A stretch of 64,000 nucleotides of DNA from Salinivirgaceae bacterium (GCA_017645945.1 JAGCNL010000018.1:64249-128248); one strand, 5' to 3'. Positions 41,901 through 47,847 are shown, counted from the first letter of the stretch. Made by a program: numbers and translations. The notes: generated from the sequence alone by a model not told the origin.

Positions 41901-43018
41901 GTTGTAAGCCCTGTGGCCTGGCTGAAATCGACTGACGTGATGCCACTGTTCTCGAAAACATGGCTGGCAATTGCGGTCACTGTCTGTGGAATCACAATAT
42001 CACCTCTTTCGCCATAATATGCGCCGATAACTGTTCCGTTGGAACCGAGAAGGAAATCCCCTTCTCTCACACCATTTCGCACTCTCGCACCCCACGTATC
42101 GTTCGCTGTGCCGGCAGAGCCACTGTAAATCACATTCGTCAAACCAGCAAAAGCATTTTCACCAATTGATGTAACTCCAGAGGGGACATTTATTGTGGTT
42201 AAATTCGTCAAACCAGCAAAAGCATTTTCACCAATTGATGTAACTCCCGAAGGAACATTTATCGTGGTTAAATTAGAGCAATTTTTAAATGCTTCTCTTC
42301 CAATATATTTTGTATTGGAGTTGATAGTGCATTCCGTAATACCAGTTGATGTTGGTCCAACCAAAAACAAATAGGGATTTGCTGCAGTGCCTAAATAATT
42401 TAATTCATCTTCATCATCCGTGTTGTATTCCAGGTTGTTACAGCCACTGAAAGCATTGCAATCGATATTGGTTACTGCCGATGGGATTTCAACTGTTCCT
42501 CCCGCACCAACATATTTGATAAGATGGGTTTTAGCATTGTCAGCATAGACAAAGTCTCCGTCTTTAACCGCTATGGCTGCCGTCACTTCAACACCCTCAT
42601 AACATTCCCAACCATAGGTCAAAAAATGGAGTAGCATATTTGATGTACTACCCGCGACCGATACAAATTGACCGCTTGGCTCACCAAATTTGCCCAATAA
42701 ATTATCTTCGACTGTGGAACCATCGTAAATAGCAAAATATTCCACCTCATCATCATCATTCGCTTTCACCGTTCCGCTAATGTTCAAACACATACCGTTG
42801 GCGACTTTGACAAGCAAAGTACCTTCTGTATAGATATCGTAGTTTGCATCGGGCCCAGAAGCGTCATAGATTTTACAAGAGTAACCTACCGCTTTGTCCG
42901 TCAGGTCAAGTGTAGATGGTGTCGTTCCATTGTCGTTTGGAATCAGATACACATCAGTTTGTGCCCATGAGACAGCCGTTGCAGCCAAAAGGCACACCAA
43001 GAAGAGCATTTTCCTCAT
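28109..43018 (-). CDS. Giant T9SS-secreted BspA-like surface protein (about 4969 aa): CUB-like head, LRR/Trp-rich super-repeats, 3 PPC-like domains, 18 B-repeats, sorting domain
   Basis: The ORF is uninterrupted. I chose the ATG at 43018, giving MRKMLFLVCLLAATAVSWAQ (signal peptide); the track start at 43105 is a non-ATG extension. LRR_5-type units read IP..VT.IG..AF..C..LT. The C-terminal 700 aa are paralogous to gene 1. Confidence 0.93.
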   Translation of the reverse strand: MRKMLFLVCLLAATAVSWAQTDVYLIPNDNGTTPSTLDLTDKAVGYSCKIYDASGPDANYDIYTEGTLLVKVANGMCLNISGTVKANDDDEVEYFAIYDGSTVEDNLLGKFGEPSGQFVSVAGSTSNMLLHFLTYGWECYEGVEVTAAIAVKDGDFVYADNAKTHLIKYVGAGGTVEIPSAVTNIDCNAFSGCNNLEYNTDDEDELNYLGTAANPYLFLVGPTSTGITECTINSNTKYIGREAFKNCSNLTTINVPSGVTSIGENAFAGLTNLTTINVPSGVTSIGENAFAGLTNVIYSGSAGTANDTWGARVRNGVREGDFLLGSNGTVIGAYYGERGDIVIPQTVTAIASHVFENSGITSVDFSQATGLTTIGDYAFSNCEGLTTVTIPASVTTMGYRVFTHSVNISTIYCVGDASASGWDGQWNYGYFYGWKRVPTIWDYDNWSIDENGELSFNKDYRCTSYDTYPWYGVSSQIKSVKVGADVTTIDSYAFDNTYGSYRNLVSVDFSEATNLVEIGYHAFYSNNGITTLNIPQMVSSIGYEAFQGVKCINYYGNAGYSSDKWGAMVRNGYVEDGFVYSDNTKTYLAVYIGDGGSINIPSGVVTIGTGAFSDCTTLTAVSIPASVQAIGDNAFYNCSALTTVSIPASVEYISYNAFYGCSSLATVDMSNATNLRYIYDYAFFDCTTLTAVSLPASVEYIGYNAFSSCSSLETVDMSNATNLRYICSQAFSDCAALSSVSIPESIVRVDYDVFYNCSSLLFTQQGGFYYLGNNTNPYVVLMKPVTPGNISTFSVENGVKAVAYGAFDGCTDFPTTEGGASYVGSSSNSYLILAKASSTEITSCTINSNTKIIAPFAFWNCCDLSNKKITIPEGIELMGYQAFGCGNDGTAPIFECNEGSQPARWDEYWNPYGGQVVWGADSYEIDANGVLTINKCVDANNYTDYPWYSKAESITKVVFAEDVSCVGKYAFYNGYNKYDNLTEVVLPSTMESIGDYAFQSCYNLSDINIDDATSLTSIGDNAFDNCDALTNINLGNATSLTSIGKYAFYDCDALTDLNLGNATSLTTIDKYAFYSCDILSDINLDNATSLTTIGEYAFAYCNTLTDINLSNATNLTSIGKYAFYYCSSLETIELPSSVTFIGEYAFNSYSNLEYNVSEGIRYLGNTANPYLYMASVNSGSDEQYTINANTRVIGTNAFSGCSNLSSITIPASVTSIGYNAFGGCSKLITIDVPSTVTYIERNAFNDVGNINYNGPYGTATDTWGAGARNGSIDDNFVYADATRTTIVKYIGSDTEVTIPASVETIGNHAFEYKGITSVDFSQATQLTQIGEYAFCNTSLTEVAIPASVETIGAGAFYECHQLESVDFSSAISLATIDQYAFYYCDKLTSVVIPESVVIIGNYAFQYCNSLTEIALPSSVKSVGSYVFSNCESLTEVDFSQATSLISIGYYVFSGCSNLLSSIEIPSTVTNISSDAFYGIKNIIYNGSAGDASEKFGALTRNGTIENNFVFADEAKTNLTGYTSKSGSVTIPAGVTTIGAYAFDKCSDVTVTIPSALSISSIGQYAFNNIANVINYNSYETNSPWGAKKYFKSSDIDIDENGFIFTAGSERTELIGYMGSATDIVIPQTVTTIADEVFKDLSITSVDFSNAENLESIGQYAFCNCDNLTSIYIPATVTSMGYYAFADCSNLSINCEAANKPDGWHDYWNQNGRPARWLCDAWDIDENGLLTVKANVSCNWNEYPWRQYKYDYGCNIKGVTFAEGVTTIGEGAFHDAYGWGYYNDIKKVTIPSTVTTIGNDAFYSCSNISSVYFASLNSLCNIDFKDNDSNPLYNGATLYINGEEKTEITIPAEVTSIGQYAFYNCDNITKVVIHDGVESVGTYAFYSCDNLTIWCEAGAKPEGWHSNWNPSDRTVIWDMNNWSLSDDGLLTVKKSFSYDNSGDYPWYYFQSDIKAVKFEAAVTEIGNYAFYDYDNLLTVDLSEATGLTSIGYRTFYSCSYLTTVDMSGATSLTTIGSEAFYESNRISRVDFASEKSLLEMQYADASSNPLRNGANAFINDVETAEIVVPENVTAIGQYALYGCSNLTKIVVHGNVAEIGTYAIDGSSELVIWCEAESKPDGWNSSWNRNNHQVMWDYKNWTLSNSGLLTVKKNYNFDEANDYPWYGLRSQITSVAFTDAVTSIGVTEFSGYSALTSVTIPASVTSIQGDAFSYCGALETIDLSNATGLTTIANGAFYDCDALETVDMSEATSLSSIGYRAFYDCDNLVTADMSGATSMATIGEDAFRSCDNLATVRIPASVTQVGSSAFDDSYNITCADFGSISSLCRIAYGNSYSNPLWNGASLYINGVETKQVTIPETVTEIKSRAFYGCDNITSVYIPATVTSVGEYVFNSCDNLTISCEAGSKPDGWHSNWNNSYRPVKWRCNDWNIDENGLLTVKANIIYDSYYDYPWYEQNFGITGVTFTEGVTSIGQSAFYDANGWGRYSNIETVTIPSTVTEIGEYAFYNCDALQSVTIPAGVENVGDYAFYECNQLVVRTYNDVKYPNSWSSQWCENYRITFDINNWSLNDAGLLTVRKNYSYNSSGDYPWYPINDRVTGIEFAGNVTQIGSNEFYNCFRVVSVDVPDEITSIGSNAFYGVKNVNYYGPAGTITDKWGALARNGYADGDFLYADATKTNLVGYFGNGGSVTIPSTVTTISSNAFYECEGLTSVTIPASVQAIGDNAFYNCSALTTVDLNQATGLKTIGNSAFSNCNELANIDLSRATGLTSIGSTAFYNCALTSVTIPAGIEKIYSSTFSDCSNLSTVNLSNATSLKTIGSNAFYNCDALTSITIPASVELIESYAFGYCDNLATVNFSSATNLKRIEYCAFYECDALTSITIPASVEYIGSSAFYGCDALSSADLTSATKLSIIESSLFGNCGELTSITIPAGVESIYSTAFSYCYKLATVNFSSAANLKTIGSSAFYDCDALTSVPIPGTVTSIDSYAFQNCDELMTVTIPESVTSVGEYAFSDCPKLRFNSTGGFDYLGNTTNPYRVLVRPSNGNTDMSGLRVHDGMKVVVGGAFDDCYNWDVVENNAYYIGNSENPHLILTAATSQEIDECTINRATKFIAGYAFYNCYNLTEILIPLSVESMGQGAFYDCYNLGTINCETGIEPESWYDWHYWYTKVNWAYGGWELDNDGVLTVYRDVDLPDYSYYPWRNSGNSNSITKVVFAEGVSLVGRSAFDNGWGNYYNLAEVVFPSTLKSIGSQAFRYDYNLTSVVWNSVERIDRYAFYNCYNLTSVDLRGAEYIDEYAFADVYKLTNVAIPVTVQYMGEGVFQNSISDSKVLCEADEQPAGWNEYWNTNGYQVIWHYNNNVLNITSNNTTMGTVTGNGIYTYNDYAEIVATANPGYQFVRWSDGSINPDHSLNVTDHLTLEAIFASSGEIYTVSVSYDGGMGTVTGATQYVSNETATLIATPYEHYHFVEWADNHSTNPERSFTVNGSAVLEYAAVFEVDQHQLTVNSDHGQIGGDGPGTYDWGSWPSLVAIPNDGYFFVNWIDDNNNTFGGTSTSVYMSGDKEYTAVYHEIQTVNTGSTQVVASGQQVNCKFVAPMTGEYTIFSSESDNNAYGILYDSEMNQLAYDDNSYGQDNEFQIIYNLTEGETYYISAGFYYGWNFGNTTLVIKEPLVISVTAEHGTVSGAGAYSYNSTVQLSVDEVQDGWFFTKWSDGVVLNPRNITVKAAASYTAEFERVQTVTEGENTILATRTSTDNCVFTPAVSGTYVIFSDASGYNMYGCLLDADKNLLADNSGLDFQIQQYLQQGRKYYIGVSFQSNTIANTKLMIKDPATISVAANGDGTVSGANTYIYGTAVSVAASANAGSFFVQWNDGITNNPYLFNADEDEQFTAEFSEIQTLNVGENNVYSTFGRFAAETGVPNPNCKFVPAVSGPYAFIANHESFDTYGELYDSNMRLLTSNDNYDSNTNQFRLEYDLVEGETYYISAGFFNYAAGAGYIPLTVGAPIHIMATTDPERGTIEGAGGYAYGSNVTLTANANSGFAFVRWSDGNTDNPRTFKAREDAEYVAVFRLESQGVFNVTVTANNDSWGTVEGSSEFIEDETATLSATPAAHYHFVQWNDGVTYNPRYEVVKGELTFEAQFAVDQHHMEVLAENGTTTGTGDYDWNQLVKITATPDEGHYLARWSDDSNSDASERYVRVKSDTTITAIFEPYQYSVYLWVSEGNGTVSGDGDYAYGTDATINAVPGEGYDFKRWYCEYDGNYYTENPLTVTVKHGYTYSAQFALKTYTITVETEHGTVDGADAEYTHGQEASFTAVPETGYKFVRWDVTNTANPFVTTVTSDLTLTPLFISATADIYTVTVEAGEGGTATGSGTFIANEKATISATANDGYHFVKWDDGNKEAQRELTVTATKTYKAEFALNSCVVKVVAGANGSVTGGGTFNYGGQTEITATANEGYHFVSWNDGDKNAKRTISVDGDATFTAEFAINEYTVKASATNGTVTGAGTYTHGAEATLTATAAEGYHFVKWSDGVETATRKATVTSDLSFTAEFAINTYTVKVTAANGTVTGAGTYDYNSRATISVTAAEGYHFVKWSDGETKATRTVVVTDNVTLTAEFEINSYTVSASATNGTVEGTGTYNYGAEATLTAVANTGYHFTKWSDGVETATRKVTVKSDLSFTAEFVVNSYTISVDSAANGTITGAGTYTYGATATLEATANKGYHFVMWTDSVMTATRTVEVTGNATFSAVFAGDSYELTVKAKNGTVEGAGTYENGTEATLTAVADAGYIFSKWDDDNTDNPRTVTVTGNKTYTATFKKALYSVTVNAENGQITGAADSLELGATVTLTAIADEGYHFVMWSDSVTENPRTVTLTAELLQQVKDSIEFTAIFEVNTDVADEAVEAVNIFAYGNTIVVENATSDIFVYNAMGRLIERVAAEAGRTEIKINGAGIYVVKTGNTAKRVMIND
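28370..32950 (-). repeat. B-repeat array (18 units) of gene 2, interrupted by three PPC-like domains
   Basis: GY.FV.W.DG units. PPC-like inserts lie at about 32010-32310, 31535-31815 and 31005-31335. Confidence 0.8.
33000..42560 (-). repeat. BspA-type leucine-rich repeat region with 8-9 interspersed Trp-rich modules
   Basis: There are dozens of 22-24-aa units (IP.SV..IG..AF..C..L..V). Modules of about 70 aa read CEA..KP.GW...WN...W...W.(I/L)...G.LTV...YPWY. Confidence 0.85.
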
Positions 43019-43197
43019 AATTAATAATTTAAAGTTATAAAAAGTTAAATAGAATCTCCAAATCAGGCGTTCGGTCAAAATGGCCAAATTTCTAATTGCA
43101 AGCACAAAGTAGGTAAATGTTTTTCAATTTATCAACAAGCAATTGTGTAAAAAACCGCGGGCTGCTGGTTTTCAACAAGATGGTGAGGCGTTTTTTT

Positions 43198-43378
43198 TCT
43201 CTAACCAAACGAATCCTAATTTATCCTAAAAATAACGGTGTCGCTTCGCGAGAAATTTATAGAAAATTTGATTAAAAAATTTATAAAAAATTGATTTTTA
43301 ATTTTTTACATCTAACCAAACGAACCCGAATTTATCCATAAAAACAATTTTGGGTTGGTTTGGATAAGTTTGGTTAGA
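43198..43378. repeat. Cluster of CTCTAACC-family arms
   Basis: TCTCTAACCAAACGAATCCTAATTTATCC (43198-43226), TCTAACCAAACGAACCCGAATTTATCC (43311-43337), and inverted GGATAAGTTTGGTTAGA (43362-43378). The segment 43198-43258 resembles 27846-27905. Confidence 0.6.
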
Positions 43379-43412
43379 AATTGATTTTGGAAAGTTCTGT
43401 CTGTATGCGCAC

Positions 43413-43443
43413 AAAAAAAGCCGGCACCAACGTGGCACCAGCC
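43413..43443 (-). terminator. Terminator of tpiA
   Basis: On the minus strand, GCUGGUGCCA-CGU-UGGUGCCGGC (10 bp including 3 G-U pairs) is followed by U7. Confidence 0.6.
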
Positions 43444-43468
43444 TTTGCATTATATCGCGGCAAGCGGA

Positions 43469-44221
43469 TTAGAATGCCTTGATAATTCCCATAAAGTCCT
43501 CGCATTTCAGCGATGCGCCACCAATCAGGCCGCCGTCGATGTCAGGTTTTGCGAACAGCTCGGGAGCGTTCGAAGCCTTGCAAGAGCCACCATAAAGGAT
43601 TGATGTGTTCTCGGCTACTTCCTTGCCATATTTTGCGGCAATCACCGAGCGGATGTAAGCGTGAATCTCTTCAGCTTGGTCCGAAGTGGCGGTTTTGCCA
43701 GTGCCGATAGCCCAGATTGGCTCGTAGGCGATGATGATTTTCGAGAAGTCCTCAGCCGAAAGGTTGAACACCGAACCTTCGAGTTCAGCTTTCACAACCT
43801 CGTTCTGTTTGTTGGCTTCGCGCTCGGCAAGGCTTTCGCCGATGCAGAAGATAACCTTCAAACCGTTGGCCAGAGCCAGCTGTACTTTCTCTTTCAGAAT
43901 CTCGTAAGTCTCTTTGTAGTACTCGCGACGCTCAGAGTGACCCAGGATAACGTACTCTGCGCCAGTCGATTTAACCATTTCGGCCGAAACCTCGCCAGTG
44001 AAGGCGCCTTTTTCCTTGTCGGCGCAGTTCTCGGCGCCCAGACCGATAATGTTGTGATTGATAACGTCAGAAACCTTTGCAAGGTGGATAAACGGTGTGC
44101 AGATAACCACGTCGCAGTTTGGTTTTGCGCTCAAAGCGTTGTTCAACTCTGTTGCAAGAGCAATGCCTTCCTGAAGATTCTTGTTCATCTTCCAATTGCC
44201 GGCAACTATTTTCTTTCTCAT
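43469..44221 (-). CDS. tpiA: Triose-phosphate isomerase
   Basis: [13 protein letters not shown]..., [17 protein letters not shown]. Confidence 0.95.
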   Translation of the reverse strand: MRKKIVAGNWKMNKNLQEGIALATELNNALSAKPNCDVVICTPFIHLAKVSDVINHNIIGLGAENCADKEKGAFTGEVSAEMVKSTGAEYVILGHSERREYYKETYEILKEKVQLALANGLKVIFCIGESLAEREANKQNEVVKAELEGSVFNLSAEDFSKIIIAYEPIWAIGTGKTATSDQAEEIHAYIRSVIAAKYGKEVAENTSILYGGSCKASNAPELFAKPDIDGGLIGGASLKCEDFMGIIKAF

Positions 44222-44251
44222 TTTTGAAATATTTAAATATTTAACAATCTG

Positions 44252-45505
44252 TTAATTACGTTTATTTTCGTTTCCGAATCTTTTGCGCGCAAGTAAGTAA
44301 ATCGACGCGATAAATGCAAGCCCTAAAATGAGCAGCCACGAGTAGAACGATGTTTGTTTCTGCATCTGATAATCAATGCATTTTGCCAGCAGATTGCCGT
44401 CGAAGAATTTGAGCGGCGGAATGTCGGTCAGATTCCATTTGCCGATAATCACGCCGTCTTTAACCACCATCAGGCCAGGATTTGAGCGGACAATGGTTTT
44501 GAGCGTTGTCTCGTCGCAGATGCAGATTTCGTAGGGCGGTTCGGCCACCTCGCGGAACGACTCAATGGCCTCGTCGGTCGAAGCGGTGAGCATACGGAAC
44601 GTGTAGCCCTGCGCCAGGCAGAAGTCGGCCAGGCGGTTCAGGCTGTCGGTGCGGCTCAGGTCCGATTTGTCGAGATTGTAGGCGATGAGCAGGAAGTTGT
44701 AGTTGTCGCTCGCCAGTACTTCGGCGGTCAGGTCCTCGCCGTCGGGGTTCACAATCGAGAAATCGTGGATTGGCGGCTCGTAGCCTTTCTTCACCAGCGT
44801 GTGCTTGGCATCGACGAAAGTCCAGGAGCTGTCGGGCAGGTTACTGATTTGGAACGTTTCCTGTTTGCCGTCCTTCTCATACACAAAGGTGCTTTCCCAA
44901 ACATCGGCGGGCGCGCCTTCGGGCCGCGACATTTTCTCGGGTATCGATGTGCCAACGCTGTAGGGGCGGAAATCAAGCACTTGCGTGTGCTTGTACGAGT
45001 ATCCGCAGAAAATCAGAATTGCAATGGCCGAAGCGCCTGTCAACGCCCATTGCTCGTTGATTGTCAGACGGTTTTTAATATCCTTGCGCCACCAGAAAAC
45101 CACAATCGCCGCCGCCAGCAGCACAACGTTCTTGAAGAATGTCTGCCAGTTGGTAATTACCAGCGCGTCGCCAAAGCAACCGCAGTCGTGCACAGGGTTT
45201 GTAATGGCGATGTAGAGTGTGAGAGGTGTGTAGAAAGCCATAAAAGCCAGCACAAACGTCGAGCAGAAGCGGATTTGCAGGTTGAAGAGCACCATCACGC
45301 CAAGTGTGAACTCAATAAGGTTCTGCAGCACCGAGAGCGCGAACGCCAAGCCGTTGGCCCAGCCCATTCCGAAGGCGTTGAAATAGTCGATGAACTTGTA
45401 GGTTGAGCCGAGCGGGTCCACCGCCTTCACAAATCCCGAGTAGATGAATGTCACGCCGATAATTATTCGGCAGATGAGCAGTAGTGTTGGTTTTAAGCGG
45501 TTCAT
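44252..45505 (-). CDS. DoxX/MauE-like integral membrane protein with a C-terminal thioredoxin-fold-like domain
   Basis: The N-terminus RIIIGVTFIYSGFVKAVDP is followed by 4-5 TM helices and HDCGCFG. There is a soluble C-terminal half and a final TM helix. Confidence 0.7.
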   Translation of the reverse strand: MNRLKPTLLLICRIIIGVTFIYSGFVKAVDPLGSTYKFIDYFNAFGMGWANGLAFALSVLQNLIEFTLGVMVLFNLQIRFCSTFVLAFMAFYTPLTLYIAITNPVHDCGCFGDALVITNWQTFFKNVVLLAAAIVVFWWRKDIKNRLTINEQWALTGASAIAILIFCGYSYKHTQVLDFRPYSVGTSIPEKMSRPEGAPADVWESTFVYEKDGKQETFQISNLPDSSWTFVDAKHTLVKKGYEPPIHDFSIVNPDGEDLTAEVLASDNYNFLLIAYNLDKSDLSRTDSLNRLADFCLAQGYTFRMLTASTDEAIESFREVAEPPYEICICDETTLKTIVRSNPGLMVVKDGVIIGKWNLTDIPPLKFFDGNLLAKCIDYQMQKQTSFYSWLLILGLAFIASIYLLARKRFGNENKRN

Positions 45506-45712
45506 AGTTGATGTTATTTTGGTGTTTGGTGTTGGGTATTAGGTGTTGGTAAAGGTTTAATGTTTAACGGGTTTAATAGGTTTAAAGTTTAGCGCTTCGC
45601 TGTTGAGAGGGTTTAGTTTCTAAACTTTCTCAACCTTCTAAACATTCTCAACGCTTTTGCCTTATGCCTTATAACTTGTCACTTATAACTTATAACTCCT
45701 AATTTCTAACTC
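45506..45712. repeat. Mosaic of 7-nt and 9-nt tandem words
   Basis: GGTGTTG-type x4 (45521-45550); GCGCTTCGCTGTTGAG (45592-45607); TCTAAACTT/TCTCAACCT nonamers (45617-45654); GCCTTAT/AACTTAT heptamers (45659-45712). Confidence 0.85.
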
Positions 45713-46399
45713 TTAAATTACCTTGTATTTCTCCAGTTCCGCAACAATCTTTTCAAACACCTCGTCGGGCGGAAGCATTTGATTGTCATTGTTGTAGCAT
45801 TTTATTAATTCGAAGTTTTTCTCGGTTGAGGCAAGGTCAAGATACTCGCGGCGCACCTGTTCCTGAAAGTTGAGGTCGGCTTCATGAATATCCTGTTTTC
45901 CTTGCAGATAGCGGCGGTCATCACCCTCACGGTGAGCGGTTAGGCTCTTGGTGGTGAAACAGAATGGCACATCGAGGAAGAGCGTCAGGTTGGGTTGCGG
46001 AATCTGGTAATAGTTGAATTCCAAGTCTTTAATCCACTGGCGCAGTTCGTTTTTCTTTGCGGCATCAGTAATTTTCGCGCCCTGATAGGCAAGGTTCGAA
46101 TAGACATAGCGGTCGATAATCACCAGTTTGCCGTCGGCAATCCACTGGTTTATAGTCTGTTTGGCATCGCTGCGGTCGCCAGCGTAGATGAGCGCCACAA
46201 GGTATGGGTTCACTTGATTGTTGGCACCCAAATCGCCCCGCAGAAACATCGACACAAGGTTGCCGAAAACACCTTCGTCAACGCGCGGAAAATGCAGATA
46301 TTCAAATGGTATCTTTTTGCTGTCCAACAGATTGCGCAGTTTGTTCAGTTGCGTCGACTTGCCTGCGCCGTCAAGTCCTTCAATAACTATGAATGCCAT
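45713..46399 (-). CDS. tmk: dTMP (thymidylate) kinase
   Basis: FIVIEGLDGAGKSTQ P-loop and DRY motif. Confidence 0.9.
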   Translation of the reverse strand: MAFIVIEGLDGAGKSTQLNKLRNLLDSKKIPFEYLHFPRVDEGVFGNLVSMFLRGDLGANNQVNPYLVALIYAGDRSDAKQTINQWIADGKLVIIDRYVYSNLAYQGAKITDAAKKNELRQWIKDLEFNYYQIPQPNLTLFLDVPFCFTTKSLTAHREGDDRRYLQGKQDIHEADLNFQEQVRREYLDLASTEKNFELIKCYNNDNQMLPPDEVFEKIVAELEKYKVI

Positions 46400-46592
46400 G
46401 TTGCATATAAAAAGGTGCGTAAAGATATATAAATGTTGAAAGGCTAAAAGTTATGGCGGCAATTTGTGGATTATTTCTGCCAACAACAGACTCTGATTGC
46501 TGTGGGTGCTTTTGTGCCCTTTATATTTTACCTCGGAAATCACACCTGCCCCTTCGGTAATATCTTTTTGATTATCAATAAACAATTGTCGC

Positions 46593-46631
46593 TTTTTGCA
46601 AATCGAAAGTCCAACTTTCGATTTGCAAAAA
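46593..46631. promoter_or_regulatory. Perfect 18-bp inverted repeat (TTTTTGCAAATCGAAAGT-CCA-ACTTTCGATTTGCAAAAA)
   Basis: I read it directly. It lies in the divergent region between tmk and the AAA ATPase gene, about 40 nt upstream of the latter's -7 box. Confidence 0.55.
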
Positions 46632-46644
46632 TATTAGGTAAATG

Positions 46645-46677
46645 TTTGGAAACTTGATAATTAATGGTATATCTTTG
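46645..46677 (+). promoter_or_regulatory. Promoter of the AAA ATPase gene (-33 TTTG, -7 TATCTTTG)
   Basis: TTTG (46645-46648) is followed after 21 nt by TATCTTTG (46670-46677). The ATG lies 13 nt downstream. Confidence 0.55.
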
Positions 46678-46689
46678 CAAAAAAAGAAT

Positions 46690-47847
46690 ATGGCGGCATT
46701 TATTGACAGAGACATACGGGATTTTGTGATTAAAAACCTTCAGGTTTTTCCTGCCGTGGTTATTCTCGGCTCGCGGCAATGTGGCAAAAGCACACTTATT
46801 AAAATGATGTCGGAGCAAATCGGCAATTATCTTTATCTCGATTTGCAAAACCGAAGCGACCTTGCAAAACTTTCGGAGCCAGAGCTGTTCTTCGCCAACA
46901 ATGTAGATAAAACTATCTGCCTCGACGAAATACAACTGCGCCCCGATCTGTTCAGCATTCTGCGCAGCACCATCGACCGCGACAGACGCAACGGCCGCTT
47001 CATTCTACTTGGTTCGGCTTCGCGAGAGCTTGTGCAGCACACAACCGAAACTCTTGCGGGACGAATCGGTCTGATTGACCTTACGCCTTTCCTGATTGGC
47101 GAAGTTTGCGACCAACCAGACTTTGATATTAAAAAATATTGGTTCAGAGGCGGTTACCCCGACAGTTACAATGCTGATTCCGATGAAGCAAGCGCTTTGT
47201 GGCGCGAGAATTTCATTCGCACCTACATTGAACGCGACATTCCGCAACTCGGCTTTCAGATTGCCGCCCCCATGCTTATGCGAATGCTCACAATGACAGC
47301 GCACGAGCACGGAGAAATCCTTAATCTGGCAAAATTTGCCTCATCGCTTGGTGTAACTGCGCCAACAGTACGCCACTATTTCGACATAATGGAGCAAACC
47401 TACATTGTCAGGACACTGCGTCCATATTTTGCCAATACAAAGAAGCGTCTTGTAAAATCGCCCAAAGTTTATATCCGCGACAGCGGCATCTTGCACCAAA
47501 TCTTGCAGTTGCAATCATTTAACGATGTTTTGGGACACACCGTATTCGGCAATTCATGGGAGGGGATGGTTATTGAAAATGTGTGCACCAAGGCCCGCAA
47601 CGCGCAATGCTGCTTCTACCGCAGCGCCACTGGCGACGAGATGGATTTGGTTCTGCTCTACCCTAACGCCACAATTGCCATTGAGTGCAAAGCGTCGGCT
47701 TCACCAACTGTTCAAGAAGGATTTTGGCGGGCAATAGAATTTTTGAAACCCACAAAAACCTTCATCGCCGCACCTGTCGACGACTCATATTATATTGCTG
47801 ACAACGTTGAGGTTTGCAACCTGCAAACGCTGCTGGAAAGGATTTAG
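46690..47847 (+). CDS. AAA-family ATPase with C-terminal DUF4143-type domain
   Basis: Walker A GSRQCGKST and Walker B CLDEIQ. The architecture is typical of the AAA_14 plus DUF4143 family. I trimmed the start to the ATG at 46690. Confidence 0.8.
   Translation: MAAFIDRDIRDFVIKNLQVFPAVVILGSRQCGKSTLIKMMSEQIGNYLYLDLQNRSDLAKLSEPELFFANNVDKTICLDEIQLRPDLFSILRSTIDRDRRNGRFILLGSASRELVQHTTETLAGRIGLIDLTPFLIGEVCDQPDFDIKKYWFRGGYPDSYNADSDEASALWRENFIRTYIERDIPQLGFQIAAPMLMRMLTMTAHEHGEILNLAKFASSLGVTAPTVRHYFDIMEQTYIVRTLRPYFANTKKRLVKSPKVYIRDSGILHQILQLQSFNDVLGHTVFGNSWEGMVIENVCTKARNAQCCFYRSATGDEMDLVLLYPNATIAIECKASASPTVQEGFWRAIEFLKPTKTFIAAPVDDSYYIADNVEVCNLQTLLERI

Noticed and set aside
16732-43018. Diversity-generating retroelement or invertase-driven shufflon acting on the giant genes
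   Set aside because: The window contains no reverse transcriptase, recombinase or invertase gene. Differences between the two 3' modules are not adenine-specific, and I found no inverted repeats bracketing the promoters.
46540-46935. 131-aa minus-strand ORF across the tmk/ATPase intergenic region
   Set aside because: It overlaps the palindrome, the predicted promoter and the 5' end of the well-supported AAA ATPase gene, and shows no recognisable motifs.
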